Both the position numbers and the translations under genes were made by a program. From NCBI GenBank assembly GCA_963725865.1, contig CAVSAC010000010.1, positions 320,001 to 384,000 of the forward strand: a stretch of 64,000 nucleotides of DNA. Direction: 5' to 3'. Numbering within the stretch: the stretch's first letter is position 1; each line of letters begins with the position of its first letter. Of the stretch, positions 30,055-41,298 are shown in pieces. A model generated the notes under the pieces. It was not told the origin of the DNA, did no database searches, and was given only the letters and a program-made list of their open reading frames with translations. Origin of the DNA: Candidatus Eiseniibacteriota bacterium. GTDB taxonomy: Bacteria > Eisenbacteria > RBG-16-71-46.

Positions 30055-30921
30055 TCAGCGCCCCGCCCGCTTCACGAAGTCGTCCAGGAACGCAAACACG
30101 TCAGGTTCCCATGCCCGAATCCTCGTGTGGACGAAGTCGTGGCCATCGTCGGCCGTTCGGCCTGCCGGAGGGTAGATCTTCACCTTGCCGGTCTCGCCGA
30201 GCCGCGTCATCTCGGCCGCGAGGCGGGTGCCGGAGTGGATGGAGTAGTCGTTTGCGGCGTGGATGAAGAACACGGGCATCGTCAGGTGGTCGACCGCGGC
30301 CAGCAGCCGTTCGCGCAGTCGCTGCGAACGGTCCCAGCTGGAGCCGGCGGCGGAGAAGACGACGACGGCGCGCAAGGTGCTATCGCGCTCCGCCAGCAGC
30401 ACGGAGAGCGATCCGCCGAAGGAATGCCCGACCACCGCGACGCGCCTGCGGTCGACGGTCGGGAGCGCCCGAAGGTACGCGAGCCCGGCGCGTGCATCGC
30501 TCATCTCATCGGTTTCGAGCAGGTGAAGTTGGATCGAGTCACGACCCTGCTGGCCGCCTGATGCCATGGCACTGTCCATGAGGTCGCCGCTCGCACTACC
30601 CTGCCCGACCGAAGGCCCATCCCCGCGACGGAAGAGATAGAGGAGCGCGTAGCCGTGCCGGGCGAACACGGGCCCGAGTTCGTTGGGATGGCGGTGATCG
30701 CGAACATCCCCGGTGATTCCCGAGGCGTGCCCGCTCCCGTGGTTGAAGAGCACCGCTGGGAAAGGTCCGCCGTTCACTGGTCGCCAGAGCACCGCGCGCA
30801 GGGCGAGCGCACCGCTTTGCACGACCACCGTGTCGGGCCCGCTGATCCCCTGGCTGGCCGCCCGATCGGCGAGAGCGCAGCCCGTCACGAGCGCAATCAA
30901 CAGGATGCGAGTCCGGTTCAT
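30055..30921 (-). CDS. Secreted dienelactone-hydrolase-family alpha/beta hydrolase
   Basis: GPFPAVLFNHGSG, GHSFGG, FIHAAND and DGH. Confidence 0.85.
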   Translation of the reverse strand: MNRTRILLIALVTGCALADRAASQGISGPDTVVVQSGALALRAVLWRPVNGGPFPAVLFNHGSGHASGITGDVRDHRHPNELGPVFARHGYALLYLFRRGDGPSVGQGSASGDLMDSAMASGGQQGRDSIQLHLLETDEMSDARAGLAYLRALPTVDRRRVAVVGHSFGGSLSVLLAERDSTLRAVVVFSAAGSSWDRSQRLRERLLAAVDHLTMPVFFIHAANDYSIHSGTRLAAEMTRLGETGKVKIYPPAGRTADDGHDFVHTRIRAWEPDVFAFLDDFVKRAGR

Positions 30922-31409
30922 GGGTTCCTTGGCAGACGGATGGGGCTGCCGGCCCGGGCTCGGACGTCGTCCCTTCTTGGCATCGCCAACCTGACGCTCA
31001 TCGTAGGTCGAGGGGCACTGGGCTGCCAGCAGTATCGAGGTGGTAGCGATCGGCTCGATACCTTTCGAGCGCGATCGAGGTGTGATGCGTCAGCCGGCTC
31101 CGCCGATCCCTCTCCGAAGTGCCTCCTGAGTCCGTCAACCGGTACGCCGGGTGGATCCGCCTGACTTCAGGCAGCCATTCCAACCGCCTCGCGAAGCGGC
31201 TCAAGTCGCGGACGAAGCGCCCAGGCCCCCCGCGCTCCCGCTGGCGGTTGACCATGAGTCGCGGTGGTCGGTGACTCGCTTCCCATCCGGGTGGAAGCCG
31301 CATGGTTGCGCGGCGGCGCCGCCAGTGGCGGTGTACGGCTTCGGCTTTCCAGACGTTGAAGGGATGAGACCCCGACGCCCCTGCGCGTTCACGGCACCCG
31401 GAGACAGTC

Positions 31410-33815
31410 ATGATTCGCTCGCAAGCCTTGGCCGTCGCGTCCCTCCTGATGGCCGCGACGGTCGCCGCTCGGCCGGCAGCTGCGGCGTGGTCCCACGACG
31501 CCTTCAGCGCCGAGTCGCTGTGCACGGCCGCCGGCGACCAGGTCACCCCCACGAGCGTCTCGGACGGTGCGGGCGGCTCGATCGTGACTTGGCAGGACGG
31601 CCGCGGCGGCACCACCGACATCTACGCGCAGCGGATCGACGCCGCGGGCGTGCCCCGATGGACGGCCAATGGCGTGGCCCTGTGCACCGCCACGGGCAAC
31701 CAGGCCAGTCCCACGATCGCCTCGGACGGGGCGGGTGGCGCGATCATCACCTGGGAGGACAACCGCGGCGGTAGCACCGACATCTACGCCCGGCGCATCA
31801 GCGCGGCGGGCGTGCCGCAATGGACGGCCAACGGGGTGGCGGTGTGCACCGCCAGCCTGGGCCAGTACAGCCCCGAGGTCGTCTCGGACGGTGCGCACGG
31901 CGCGATCGTCACCTGGTTCGACATCCGCGGGGGATCGAACAACGACGTGTACGCGCAGCGCATCAGCGCGGCGGGCGCACCCCTGTGGACGGCGAACGGC
32001 GTGGCGCTGTGCACGGCGGCCGGGGACCAGGATACTCAGACGATCGTCCCGGATGGTTCTGGAGGCGCGATCGTTGCCTGGCGGGACTACCGCATCGGTG
32101 GCACCAGCGCCCCCGACATCTACGCCCAGCGCATCAACTCGACAGGCGCACCGCAGTGGGCGGCGAATGGTGTGGTGTTGTGCGCTGCCACCGGACCCCA
32201 GTACAGCCCCGCGATCGCCTCGGACGGCGCGGGTGGCGCGATCGTCACCTGGCAAGACCAGCGTGGGAGCGACTCCGACATCTACGCGCAACGCGTCGGC
32301 GCCACCGGCGTGCCGGTGTGGACCACGGATGGCGTGGCGCTGTGCACGTTCGCAGGCTCACAGATCTCTCCCGTGATCGTGTCGGACGGCGCCGGAGGCG
32401 CGATCGTCGCCTGGCAGGACTTCCGGGCCAACAACTACGATATCTACGCGCAGCGCATCGGCCCGGCCGGAGTGCTCAAGTGGGCGACCGATGGCGTCGC
32501 CGTATGCACGGCCATCCACGATCAGGTCGGCATCCAGAGCGTCGCAGACGGTGCGAACGGCGTGATCGTCACCTGGTACGACTTCCGGGGTAGTTCGCTC
32601 GCCGACATCTATGCCCAGCGCCTCGATGGCGCCGGCGCAGCCCTGTGGAGCTCGGACGGCGCGGCGGTCTGTTACGCAACCGGCGATCAGCGAGCTCCGA
32701 CGCCCGTGTCGGACAGTGCGGGCGGCGCGATCATCACGTGGCAAGACCACCGCAGCGGCACGAGCTTCGACATCTACGCGCAGCGCATCGAGCGCTTCGG
32801 CCAGTTGGGCGATCCGGCCCCGGTCATCACGGGCGCCAGGGACGTGCCCAACGACCAGGGCGGATTCGTCACGCTCTCGTGGGACGCGTCCTACCTGGAT
32901 GCCGACTCCGGCGTCAGCGAATACCGCGTCTTCCGCAGTGCGCCCAGCTCGCTCGCGGCCCGAGCGGTCTCGCGCGGCGCGACCACGGCCGAGGATGAGG
33001 TCGCGGTACGGGACGGAGCGTTGCTCGCGCGAGCCAGTGCCGGCGCCATCGTGTACTGGGAATACGTGGGCACGCTGCCGATCGCGCACCTCGCGAGCTA
33101 CAGCATGGCGGTGGCGACCACCGCTGACTCGATCGCCAGCGGCAACCCGCGCACGCTGTTCATGGTGGAGGCGCTCGTGATCGCGGCGCTCGAGTCGCCG
33201 CGCTGGTTCTCGGCGCCGGATAGCGGCTACTCGGTCGACAACCTCGCCCCGGCCACCCCGGCGCCGCTCACCGGCCGCTACGCCTCCGGCGCCGCGCACC
33301 TGCACTGGCCCCGCAACACCGAGACCGACTTGACCGGCTACCGGCTCTATCGCGGCACCAGCGCGTCCTTCACGCCCGGCCCCGGCAGCCTGGTGGCGGC
33401 GCTCTCCGACACCGGCTATGCCGATGCCGGTGACGCCGGCTTCGTCTACAAGCTCACCGCCGTCGACGTGCACGGCAACGCGTCCGTCCCCGCCGTCCTG
33501 CTCCCGGGCGGCACGGTCGACGTGGGCGATACGTCGCCGGCGTTGCGCTTCGCCGCGCCGAGCCCCAACCCGGCGCGTGGGGCGACGACGCTGGACTACG
33601 CGTTGTCGCGCCCCGGCCGCGTGCGGCTTGCGGTCTTCGACGCCGCCGGGCGGCTGGTGCAGGCGCTGCGCGATGGCGAGCTGCCCGCCGGCGAGCACCG
33701 CGAGCGCTTCGCATTGCGCGACCCGGCGGGACGCGCACTCGCCAGCGGCCTCTACCTGATTCGGCTCGAGGCGGAGGGCCAGGTGCTCACGCGCCGGCTC
33801 GTCGCGATCCGATGA
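31410..33815 (+). CDS. Secreted 8-repeat (SDGAGGA/DIYAQR) beta-propeller protein with Fn3-like and FlgD-Ig C-terminal domain, paralog 1
   Basis: Eight ~54-aa repeats; SVDNLAP...LTGYRLYRG; PSPNP...FDAAGR...SGLYLIRL. Confidence 0.85.
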   Translation: MIRSQALAVASLLMAATVAARPAAAAWSHDAFSAESLCTAAGDQVTPTSVSDGAGGSIVTWQDGRGGTTDIYAQRIDAAGVPRWTANGVALCTATGNQASPTIASDGAGGAIITWEDNRGGSTDIYARRISAAGVPQWTANGVAVCTASLGQYSPEVVSDGAHGAIVTWFDIRGGSNNDVYAQRISAAGAPLWTANGVALCTAAGDQDTQTIVPDGSGGAIVAWRDYRIGGTSAPDIYAQRINSTGAPQWAANGVVLCAATGPQYSPAIASDGAGGAIVTWQDQRGSDSDIYAQRVGATGVPVWTTDGVALCTFAGSQISPVIVSDGAGGAIVAWQDFRANNYDIYAQRIGPAGVLKWATDGVAVCTAIHDQVGIQSVADGANGVIVTWYDFRGSSLADIYAQRLDGAGAALWSSDGAAVCYATGDQRAPTPVSDSAGGAIITWQDHRSGTSFDIYAQRIERFGQLGDPAPVITGARDVPNDQGGFVTLSWDASYLDADSGVSEYRVFRSAPSSLAARAVSRGATTAEDEVAVRDGALLARASAGAIVYWEYVGTLPIAHLASYSMAVATTADSIASGNPRTLFMVEALVIAALESPRWFSAPDSGYSVDNLAPATPAPLTGRYASGAAHLHWPRNTETDLTGYRLYRGTSASFTPGPGSLVAALSDTGYADAGDAGFVYKLTAVDVHGNASVPAVLLPGGTVDVGDTSPALRFAAPSPNPARGATTLDYALSRPGRVRLAVFDAAGRLVQALRDGELPAGEHRERFALRDPAGRALASGLYLIRLEAEGQVLTRRLVAIR

Positions 33816-33837
33816 ACGCCCACCCCTGGAGTCGTCC

Positions 33838-36168
33838 ATGATCCGCCGGCAAGCTCTCGCAGCGATGCTCGTCCCGCTGTGCCTGGCGGTCGCCGCTCGG
33901 CCGGGCGCCGCGGCGTGGCCGCACGACCCGAACGTTGGCAACGTGGCGCTGTGCACCGCCGCGAACATCCAGGCCGCCACGACGATGGTGCCGGACGGCG
34001 CGGGCGGCGCGTTCGTCGCCTGGCTCGACCTGCGTGGCGGCACCGACTACGACGTCTACGCGCAGCACGTCAGCGCGGCGGGCGTGCCCCTGTGGGGAGT
34101 GAACGGCGTCGCGGTGTGCACGGCCGTCGGCGACCAGCTCAACCAGAAGCTCGCTTCCGACAGAAGCGGCGGCATCATCGTCACGTGGACCGACAATCGA
34201 AGCGGCACGAGCGGCGATATCTACGCGCAGCGCCTCAACGCCGCCGGCGCACCGCAGTGGACCGCGAACGGTGTCGTGGTGTGCGACGCCACCGGCGATC
34301 AGACCAAACCCGTCATCGTCGTCGACGGCCCCTTCGGCATCGTCAACGCGGTCATTGCCTGGCAGGATCTGCGCGGCGGCGCGACCACCGACATCTACGC
34401 TCAGCGCATCAATGATGTCGGAGCCCCGGTGTGGGCCGCGAACGGAGTGTCTGTATGCTCCGCCGTCCGCGACCAATTGGTACCCACCATGGTCGCGACT
34501 AGACAGAATGGCGTCATCATCGCCTGGGAGGACAATCGCAATACCGCGATCGGGGCGAGGTACGAGATCTACGCTCAGTGGCTCAACCTTCTCGGTGCGC
34601 CGCAGTATCCCGTCGACGGTGTGGTGCTGTGCACCGCTGCGAACAACCGGTTCAGCCCGAACATGGTCCCGGACGGCGCCGACGGCGCGTACTTGACCTG
34701 GTACGACTTCCGCAACGGGACGACCGCCGACGTCTACGCCCAGCGCCTGCGTGCGGACTTCGCTGGAGGGGCTGCGTGGGGGACGGGCGGGGTGGCGCTA
34801 TGCACCGCCGCTGGGAGTCAATTGTTGCCGACGATCACGGCCGACGCCACCGGGGCGACGGTCGCGTGGGAGGACAACCGCAGCGGCAACTACGATATCT
34901 ACGTCCAGCGGGTCGACCCGGCCGGCTTGGTCCAGTGGACGACGGACGGCGTGGCGCTGTGCACCGCAGTGCACGACCAGTTCAGCCCGGTGATCGTCTC
35001 GGATGGCTCCGGCGGCGCGATCGTCGCCTGGCACGATGGCCGCAACGTCAACAGCGACATCTACGCACAGCGAGTGGGCGCCTCGGGCTCGCCGCTGTGG
35101 CCGGCCGACGGTGTGGCGCTAAGCACCGCGCCGCGGGCGCAGCAGTACGCCGCGATCGCCGCGGACGGCGCCGGAGGCGCCATCGTCGCGTGGGAGGACT
35201 CGCGCGGGAGCGACCTCGACATCTACGCGCAGCGCGTCGAACCCTATGGCCATCTCGGAAACCCCGAGCCCGTCATCACGAGCGTCAAGGACGTGTCGGG
35301 AGACCAGGGTGGTTCCATCAAGCTCTCGTGGGCCGCGTCGTACCTCGATGCCGACCCGATCTACGGCGTCCTGGAGTACAGGATCTTCCGTCACGTCCCG
35401 GGCGGCCCTGCGGGCTGGGAGTACGTGCGCTCCCAGCCGGCCGACGGGCTCGCCGCCTACAGCATGGTGGTGCCGACGGGCGTGGACTCGATCGCGGGCA
35501 ACAACCCCACGACCCGGTTCTTCGTGCTGGCGCTCGCGAGCACGGGCGAGAACTGGTCTTCGCCGCCCGACAGCGGCTACTCGGTGGACAATCTTCCTCC
35601 CGCCACGCCGTCGCCGTTCACCGGCCGCTACCTCTCCGGGGCCGCGCACCTGCACTGGGGCCGCAACACCGAGATCGACCTGGCGGGCTACCGCCTGTAC
35701 CGCGGCACCGACGCGTTCTTCGCGCCCGGCCCCGGCAATCAGATCGCGGCGCCACCGGATACCGGATACGTCGATGTCGCCAGCGACGGCTTCGTCTACA
35801 AGCTCACGGCCATCGACGTGCACGGCAACCAGTCCGCGCCCGCCACGCTGCTGCCGAACGGCACGGTCGACGTGGGCGACACGCCGGCGCCGGCGCTGCG
35901 ATTCGCAGCGCCCAGCCCCAACCCGGCGCGTGGTTCCACGACGCTCGACTTTGCGCTGTCACGCCCGGGCCATGTGCGCGTGGCGCTGTTCGACGTCACG
36001 GGCCGCCTAGTGCAAGTGCTGCGCGACGGCGAACTGGCGGCAGGCGCGCACCGAGAGCGCATCGCGCTGCACGATGCGGCGGGGCGCGAACTGGCCAGCG
36101 GCTTGTTCCTGATCCGGCTCGAGGCCGAGGGTCGCGTATTGACGCGCCGCCTCGCGACGATCCGATGA
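33838..36168 (+). CDS. Secreted 8-repeat beta-propeller protein, paralog 2
   Basis: Same architecture as 31410-33815. Confidence 0.85.
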   Translation: MIRRQALAAMLVPLCLAVAARPGAAAWPHDPNVGNVALCTAANIQAATTMVPDGAGGAFVAWLDLRGGTDYDVYAQHVSAAGVPLWGVNGVAVCTAVGDQLNQKLASDRSGGIIVTWTDNRSGTSGDIYAQRLNAAGAPQWTANGVVVCDATGDQTKPVIVVDGPFGIVNAVIAWQDLRGGATTDIYAQRINDVGAPVWAANGVSVCSAVRDQLVPTMVATRQNGVIIAWEDNRNTAIGARYEIYAQWLNLLGAPQYPVDGVVLCTAANNRFSPNMVPDGADGAYLTWYDFRNGTTADVYAQRLRADFAGGAAWGTGGVALCTAAGSQLLPTITADATGATVAWEDNRSGNYDIYVQRVDPAGLVQWTTDGVALCTAVHDQFSPVIVSDGSGGAIVAWHDGRNVNSDIYAQRVGASGSPLWPADGVALSTAPRAQQYAAIAADGAGGAIVAWEDSRGSDLDIYAQRVEPYGHLGNPEPVITSVKDVSGDQGGSIKLSWAASYLDADPIYGVLEYRIFRHVPGGPAGWEYVRSQPADGLAAYSMVVPTGVDSIAGNNPTTRFFVLALASTGENWSSPPDSGYSVDNLPPATPSPFTGRYLSGAAHLHWGRNTEIDLAGYRLYRGTDAFFAPGPGNQIAAPPDTGYVDVASDGFVYKLTAIDVHGNQSAPATLLPNGTVDVGDTPAPALRFAAPSPNPARGSTTLDFALSRPGHVRVALFDVTGRLVQVLRDGELAAGAHRERIALHDAAGRELASGLFLIRLEAEGRVLTRRLATIR

Positions 36169-36218
36169 GAGCGAGCGCCCGTTGGGTTGCCATCCCCTGG
36201 AAATCTGCGGAGAACCTC

Positions 36219-38631
36219 ATGAGGCACCACACGCACGTTCCCCTCCTGCTCGCCGCGCTCGCGCTCACCGTGGCGCATCACCCGGCGGCGGCCGCCTGGC
36301 CGCACGATCCGTACGCGGGCAACGTGCCCCTCTGCACCGCTGCGGGTGGCCAGGTGCTCCCCACGATCGCCTCGGACGGCGCGGGCGGCGCGATCGTCAC
36401 GTGGGAGGACGTGCGCGGCGCCAATACCGACATCTACGCGCAACGAGTCAACGCGGCGGGCGTGCCGCTGTGGGGGGCGAACGGCGTGGCGTTGTGCACC
36501 GCCGCGGGTGAGCAGTTCGGGCCGACGGTTGCCACGGACGGCGCGGGTGGCGCGATCGTCACCTGGTACGACCACCGCAGCGGCACGGGCTACAAGGTGT
36601 ACGCGCAGCGCGTCAACGCGGCGGGGGCGCCGCAGTGGGCGACGAACGGGATCGCGCTGTGCCCCGCGACGGCCGACCAAACCTATCCGTCCATCACGGC
36701 GGACGGGGTCGGCGGCGCGATCATCGCGTGGAACGACTTCCGCGGCGGCCCTGCCAGCGACATCTACGCGCAGCGCATCAGCGCGACCGGCGCCCTGCAG
36801 TGGGCGGCGAGCGGGATCGCACTGTCCACCGCGACGGGTGACCAGCAGTACCCGGCGATGACCTCCGACGGCGCCGGCGGTGCCATCGCGACCTGGTACG
36901 ACTATCGGGGTGGCACGACCTCCGACATCTACGCGCAGCGCATCAGCGCGACGGGCACCACCGCGTGGACGGCCGACGGCGTGCCGGTGTGTACCGCCGC
37001 CAACAACCAATTCGGCCCCACGCTGGTATCGGACGGCGCGGGTGGCGCGATGGTGACCTGGTACGACTACCGCAGCGGCTCGAACTACCACATCTACACC
37101 CAGCACCTCGACGCGGCGGGAGCGCCGCAGTGGACGGCGAACGGCCTGGCAGTATGCACCGCCGCCGGCAATCAGAACGTCCCGACGATCGTCCTGGACG
37201 GCGCGGGTGGTGCGATCGTCTCCTGGCAGGACTCTCGGAGCGGCGTGTTCTACGACATCTACGCTCAGCGCGTGAGCGCGGCAGGCGTCGCGCAGTGGAC
37301 GGCCGACGGCGTTGCGGTGTGCGCCGCGACGGACAACCAGTTGTCGCCCACGATCGCCTCGGACACTGCAGGCGGCGCGATCATCGCCTGGCAGGACTAT
37401 CGCGGCACGGACAATGACGTCTACGCGCAGCGCCTCACTGCGGCGGGCACGCCCCAGTGGGCTGCCGATGGCGTGGCGGTGTGCACCGCCCCGGGCAATC
37501 AGTACACCCCGCTCATCGTCTCGGACGGTGCGGGCGGAGCGATCGCCGCCTGGTACGACTACCGCGGCCTCACGACCTCGGACATCTACGCCCAGCGCAT
37601 CGATCACTTCGGCCAGCTAGGCGATCCCGCGCCCGCGATCACCCAGGTGAAGGACGTGCCCAACGACCAGGGTGGGCTCGTCAAGCTCTCATGGAATGCG
37701 TCCTACCTGGACGCTGGCCCAACCTACGGCGTGTTTCAATACCGCGTGTTCCGCAGTGCTCCCAGCGCTCTCGCGGCTCGCGCCGACTTGCGCCGTGCGA
37801 TCACCACGGACAGCGACATCGCGGTGCACGATGGGGCGCTGCTCGCACGCATGATTGCTGGCACCACCGTCTACTGGGAATACGCGGGCTCGCAGGCGGC
37901 CGAGACGTTTGCCGGTTACAGCATGTTGGTGGGGACGACCTCGGATTCCACCACCAGCAGCAACCCTCGCACGCTGTTCATGGTCGAGGCGGTCGCGAAC
38001 TTCTCGCTCGCCTCGGGTCACTGGTCCTCGGCGCCCGACAGCGGTTACTCGGTCGACAACCTGCCTCCGGTCGCACCGGGCGAATTCATCGTCGAATACG
38101 CCGCGGGTGCCACACACCTTCACTGGCGTCCCGGCACCGAGGCCGATCTGGCGGGCTACCAGTTGTACCGCGGCACCAGCGCGTCGTTCACGCCCGGGCC
38201 CCGGCACGCTCGTGGCCGCGCTCGCCGACACCGGCTTCGTCGATCCCGCCGGCGCCGCGTTCGTCTACGAACTCACCGCCGTGGACTCGCACGGCAACGA
38301 GTCGCCCGCGGCGATCTCGGGGCCCGGCGTGATCTCCAGTACCGGTATCGCGTCCGGGCTCGTCTTCTCGCCACCGTCGCCGAATCCCGCCAGCCGCTCG
38401 GCGGCGCTGCGCTTCGCGCTGCCGATCGCCGAGCCGGTGCAGGTCGCGATCTTCGACGCGCAAGGGCGCATCGAGCGCGTACTTGCGGACCGCACGTTTG
38501 AGGCCGGCGCACACGAGCTGGCCTGGGACCTGCGCGACGACGCGGGGCGCGTCGTGGGCGCCGGGATCTACTTCGCGCGGATCAGCTCGGGCCACAGCTC
38601 GCGCGTGAGGCGGCTGGTCGTGGCCCGGTGA
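36219..38631 (+). CDS. Secreted 8-repeat beta-propeller protein, paralog 3 (frameshift near 38200)
   Basis: ATG at 36219 (MRHHTH...). Track ORF 34578..38501 carries the repeats and ORF 37855..38631 carries the C-terminal domain. Confidence 0.8.
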
Positions 38632-38851
38632 TATGTGAGGTCCCCGGGTCAAGGTACTCGTTGGCTGCTCTCCGACTGCGAGACTGCTCGATCGGGGATG
38701 CCGGGACGCGCGCTCGCGCTCCCCTCCCGCCGGGCGTAGTCTTCGTCACAGCGCTTGGCCAGCCGGTGGGCCGGGCCTGGTGGGCTGCTGCGATGCCCAC
38801 GCCCCACGACCCCCGCGGAGCCCGCGGTCGGCCGTGCCGTGGAGGTCCGCC

Positions 38852-41200
38852 ATGTTCAGCCCCGTGGTTCTTCGGTGGGCCGCGCGTTGCGCGTTGCAGG
38901 CCCTCATCCTGGTCACGCTGACACTGCCCGCGTCCTCGGCCGTTGCGTCGTCTTCCACGCCCCGGCTCCAGCGGCCGCCCGCTGCACCCATGGCGACCGC
39001 GCTCGACGACTCGGGCGCTTGGATCGCGCTCGCGCCCGCGGCGCTCGATGGACACGCGGCGATCTACGATCCCGACGCCGGTCGCGTGGTCGTCTTCGGC
39101 GGCAACTCGGCGACGAGCGGGTACGTCAACGAGACCTGGATGCTCGCGCCGGCCGGCACCATGGAGTGGCTCCGCGTGTCCGTGGACGCGTCCGCGATCC
39201 CGCAGCGCAGCTATGCTTCCGCGATCCACGATCCGGTCGGTCGCCGCATGATCGTGTTTGGCGGCGATCTCGGCGGCGGCTCCTACCCGACCGCGGATGT
39301 CTGCGCTCTGTCGCTGGTGGCGCCCTACGCGTGGACCGTGCTTGCGCCCGCGGGCGATCCCGGCGCCCGAATGGAGCACGCAGCGGTCTACGATCCCGTG
39401 CGCCACCGCATGATCGTCTTCGGCGGCACCGACGGGTACAACCTGTTCGACGATGTATGGACCTTGTCGCTCGGGAGCGCGCCGGCGTGGGAGCCGATGT
39501 CCCCGGCAGGCTCACCGCCCCCCGCCCGATGCCTGACCAGCGCCACCTACGACCCGCTGCGCGACCGCGTGATCGTGATCGGCGGCTCGGCCTACGCCGG
39601 CGGGATCCAGGACGACGTATGGGCGCTCAGCCTTGCCGGCGCCGGCACGTGGACGCAACTCGCCCCCGGCGGCGCGGCGCCCGGCCCGCGCGCCGCACAC
39701 GTGGCCGCTTACGACCCGAGCGGCGACCGCGTCGTGGTGTATGGCGGCGTGAGCCTGACCGAGTACCTGGACGACGCATGGGCGCTATCGCTCGCCGGTT
39801 CGCCGTCGTGGTCGCAGCTCGCCCCCGCGGGCGATCCAGCGCCCCGGCTCGCGTTCCACGCCGCCGCCTACGATTCGCACGGCGACCGGCTCGTGGCGGT
39901 CGGCGGCATCGGCGTGAACGGCTACCCGACGTGCGAGACGTGGGCGCTCTCACTCGGAGCGAGCCCGACGTGGACGCGGAGCGGCTCCCCCGGGTTCCTC
40001 GAACGCCACACGATGACCGCCGACCCGGAGCGCGACCGCGCGATCGTCTTCGGCGGCGTCGCGATCGGCACCGCCACGAACGCCGTGTGGAGCCTTGCGC
40101 TCTCGGGCCCGGTAGCGTGGACGCCGCTGGCGCCGGCCGGCACGCCCCCCGCGGCGCGATCGAACCACAGCGCGGTCTGCGACGAGCCGCGGGACCGCCT
40201 GCTCGCCTTCGGCGGCGACGACGGCGCGTGGAGCGTGTTCGGCGACGTGTGGGCGCTCTCGCTCGGAGCACCGTTGGCGTGGACGCTGCTCGCCCCGTCC
40301 GGCACTCCGCCCGCCGCACGCGCGTCGCACACCGCGGTCCTCGACCCGGTGCGTGAGCGGATGATCGTGTTCGGCGGCCGGACGCTCTCCGGTGCGCGCC
40401 AGGACGTCTGGGCGCTCTCGCTCTCGGGCGCTCCGGCGTGGTCGAACCTGTCGCCGTTCGGAACACCGCCGCCCGCCCGCTGGAATCACGTCGCGATCTA
40501 CGACCCCGTCGGCGATCGCATGATCGTCCACGGAGGCGAGAGTTCGACCCAGTGGTTCGACGACACGTGGGCTCTGGGTCTCTCGGGCACACCGGCGTGG
40601 ACCCAGCTCGCGCCGGGCGGCGACCTGCCGCCCGCTCGCAGCGAGCACAGCGCGCTCTTCGATCCGCTCGACCCTCGCATGATCGTCACCGGCGGCTCGC
40701 TCGGGACCGAGTGCGAGGTCTGGGAGCTCTCGCTCGATGGCCCGCTCGAATGGACCCGGCTGTTCCCGGGCGGGCCCCCCATGCCGGGACGCGTGCGCCA
40801 CGAACAGGTGTACGACGCCGATCGCGATCGCCTGGTCCTGTTCGGAGGATCTCCCGGTGCGGGCGATCTCTGGGCACTCTCGCGGGGCCCTGGCGGCGTC
40901 GGCGTTCCGGTCGATCCGCCGACCCTGTCGCTCGCCGCGGCGTGGGCGCCGAACCCGGCGCTCGGCGGCGCATCGCTCGCACTCGTGCTTCCTTCGGCCG
41001 GGCGTGTCGAGTTGCGCCTGTTCGACGTGTCGGGCCGTCTGGTGCGCGCGATGGACTTCGGGCTGCGCGGGGCCGGAGCGCAGCGCTTCACATGGGACGG
41101 CCGCGACGACGCGGGGCGGCCGCTGCCGCCGGGACTCTACCTGGGTGAGGTGCGCACGAACGACCGCGTGGCGCGCGCCGGGCTCGCGCTCGTGAGATGA
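38852..41200 (+). CDS. Secreted Kelch-repeat protein with FlgD-Ig C-terminal domain
   Basis: Tandem R..H.A.YDP...RMIVFGG...DVW.LSL units; WDGRDDAGR...GLY; GGAGG RBS. Confidence 0.85.
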   Translation: MFSPVVLRWAARCALQALILVTLTLPASSAVASSSTPRLQRPPAAPMATALDDSGAWIALAPAALDGHAAIYDPDAGRVVVFGGNSATSGYVNETWMLAPAGTMEWLRVSVDASAIPQRSYASAIHDPVGRRMIVFGGDLGGGSYPTADVCALSLVAPYAWTVLAPAGDPGARMEHAAVYDPVRHRMIVFGGTDGYNLFDDVWTLSLGSAPAWEPMSPAGSPPPARCLTSATYDPLRDRVIVIGGSAYAGGIQDDVWALSLAGAGTWTQLAPGGAAPGPRAAHVAAYDPSGDRVVVYGGVSLTEYLDDAWALSLAGSPSWSQLAPAGDPAPRLAFHAAAYDSHGDRLVAVGGIGVNGYPTCETWALSLGASPTWTRSGSPGFLERHTMTADPERDRAIVFGGVAIGTATNAVWSLALSGPVAWTPLAPAGTPPAARSNHSAVCDEPRDRLLAFGGDDGAWSVFGDVWALSLGAPLAWTLLAPSGTPPAARASHTAVLDPVRERMIVFGGRTLSGARQDVWALSLSGAPAWSNLSPFGTPPPARWNHVAIYDPVGDRMIVHGGESSTQWFDDTWALGLSGTPAWTQLAPGGDLPPARSEHSALFDPLDPRMIVTGGSLGTECEVWELSLDGPLEWTRLFPGGPPMPGRVRHEQVYDADRDRLVLFGGSPGAGDLWALSRGPGGVGVPVDPPTLSLAAAWAPNPALGGASLALVLPSAGRVELRLFDVSGRLVRAMDFGLRGAGAQRFTWDGRDDAGRPLPPGLYLGEVRTNDRVARAGLALVR

Positions 41201-41298
41201 GCGCGGATCCTTCGTCTGCCTCGCCTCCCGGCGCCGCGCTCAGTCCGCGCGGACGCCATTCGCACCCGGCGCGCCTCGAGAGCGCTGTCGGCCTGCCG

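Noticed and set aside
24785..30561. Very long + strand ORFs (1165 aa, 889 aa) and similar antisense ORFs elsewhere
   Set aside because: They are shadow frames of real minus-strand genes in high-GC DNA, Arg/Pro/Ala-rich and without motifs.
34578..36218. N-terminal half of the 1307-aa ORF
   Set aside because: It is an off-frame overlap with paralog 2; the real gene starts at 36219.
31410..38631. Diversity-generating retroelement behind the repeated propeller genes
   Set aside because: There is no reverse transcriptase and no template/variable repeat pair with adenine-specific differences.
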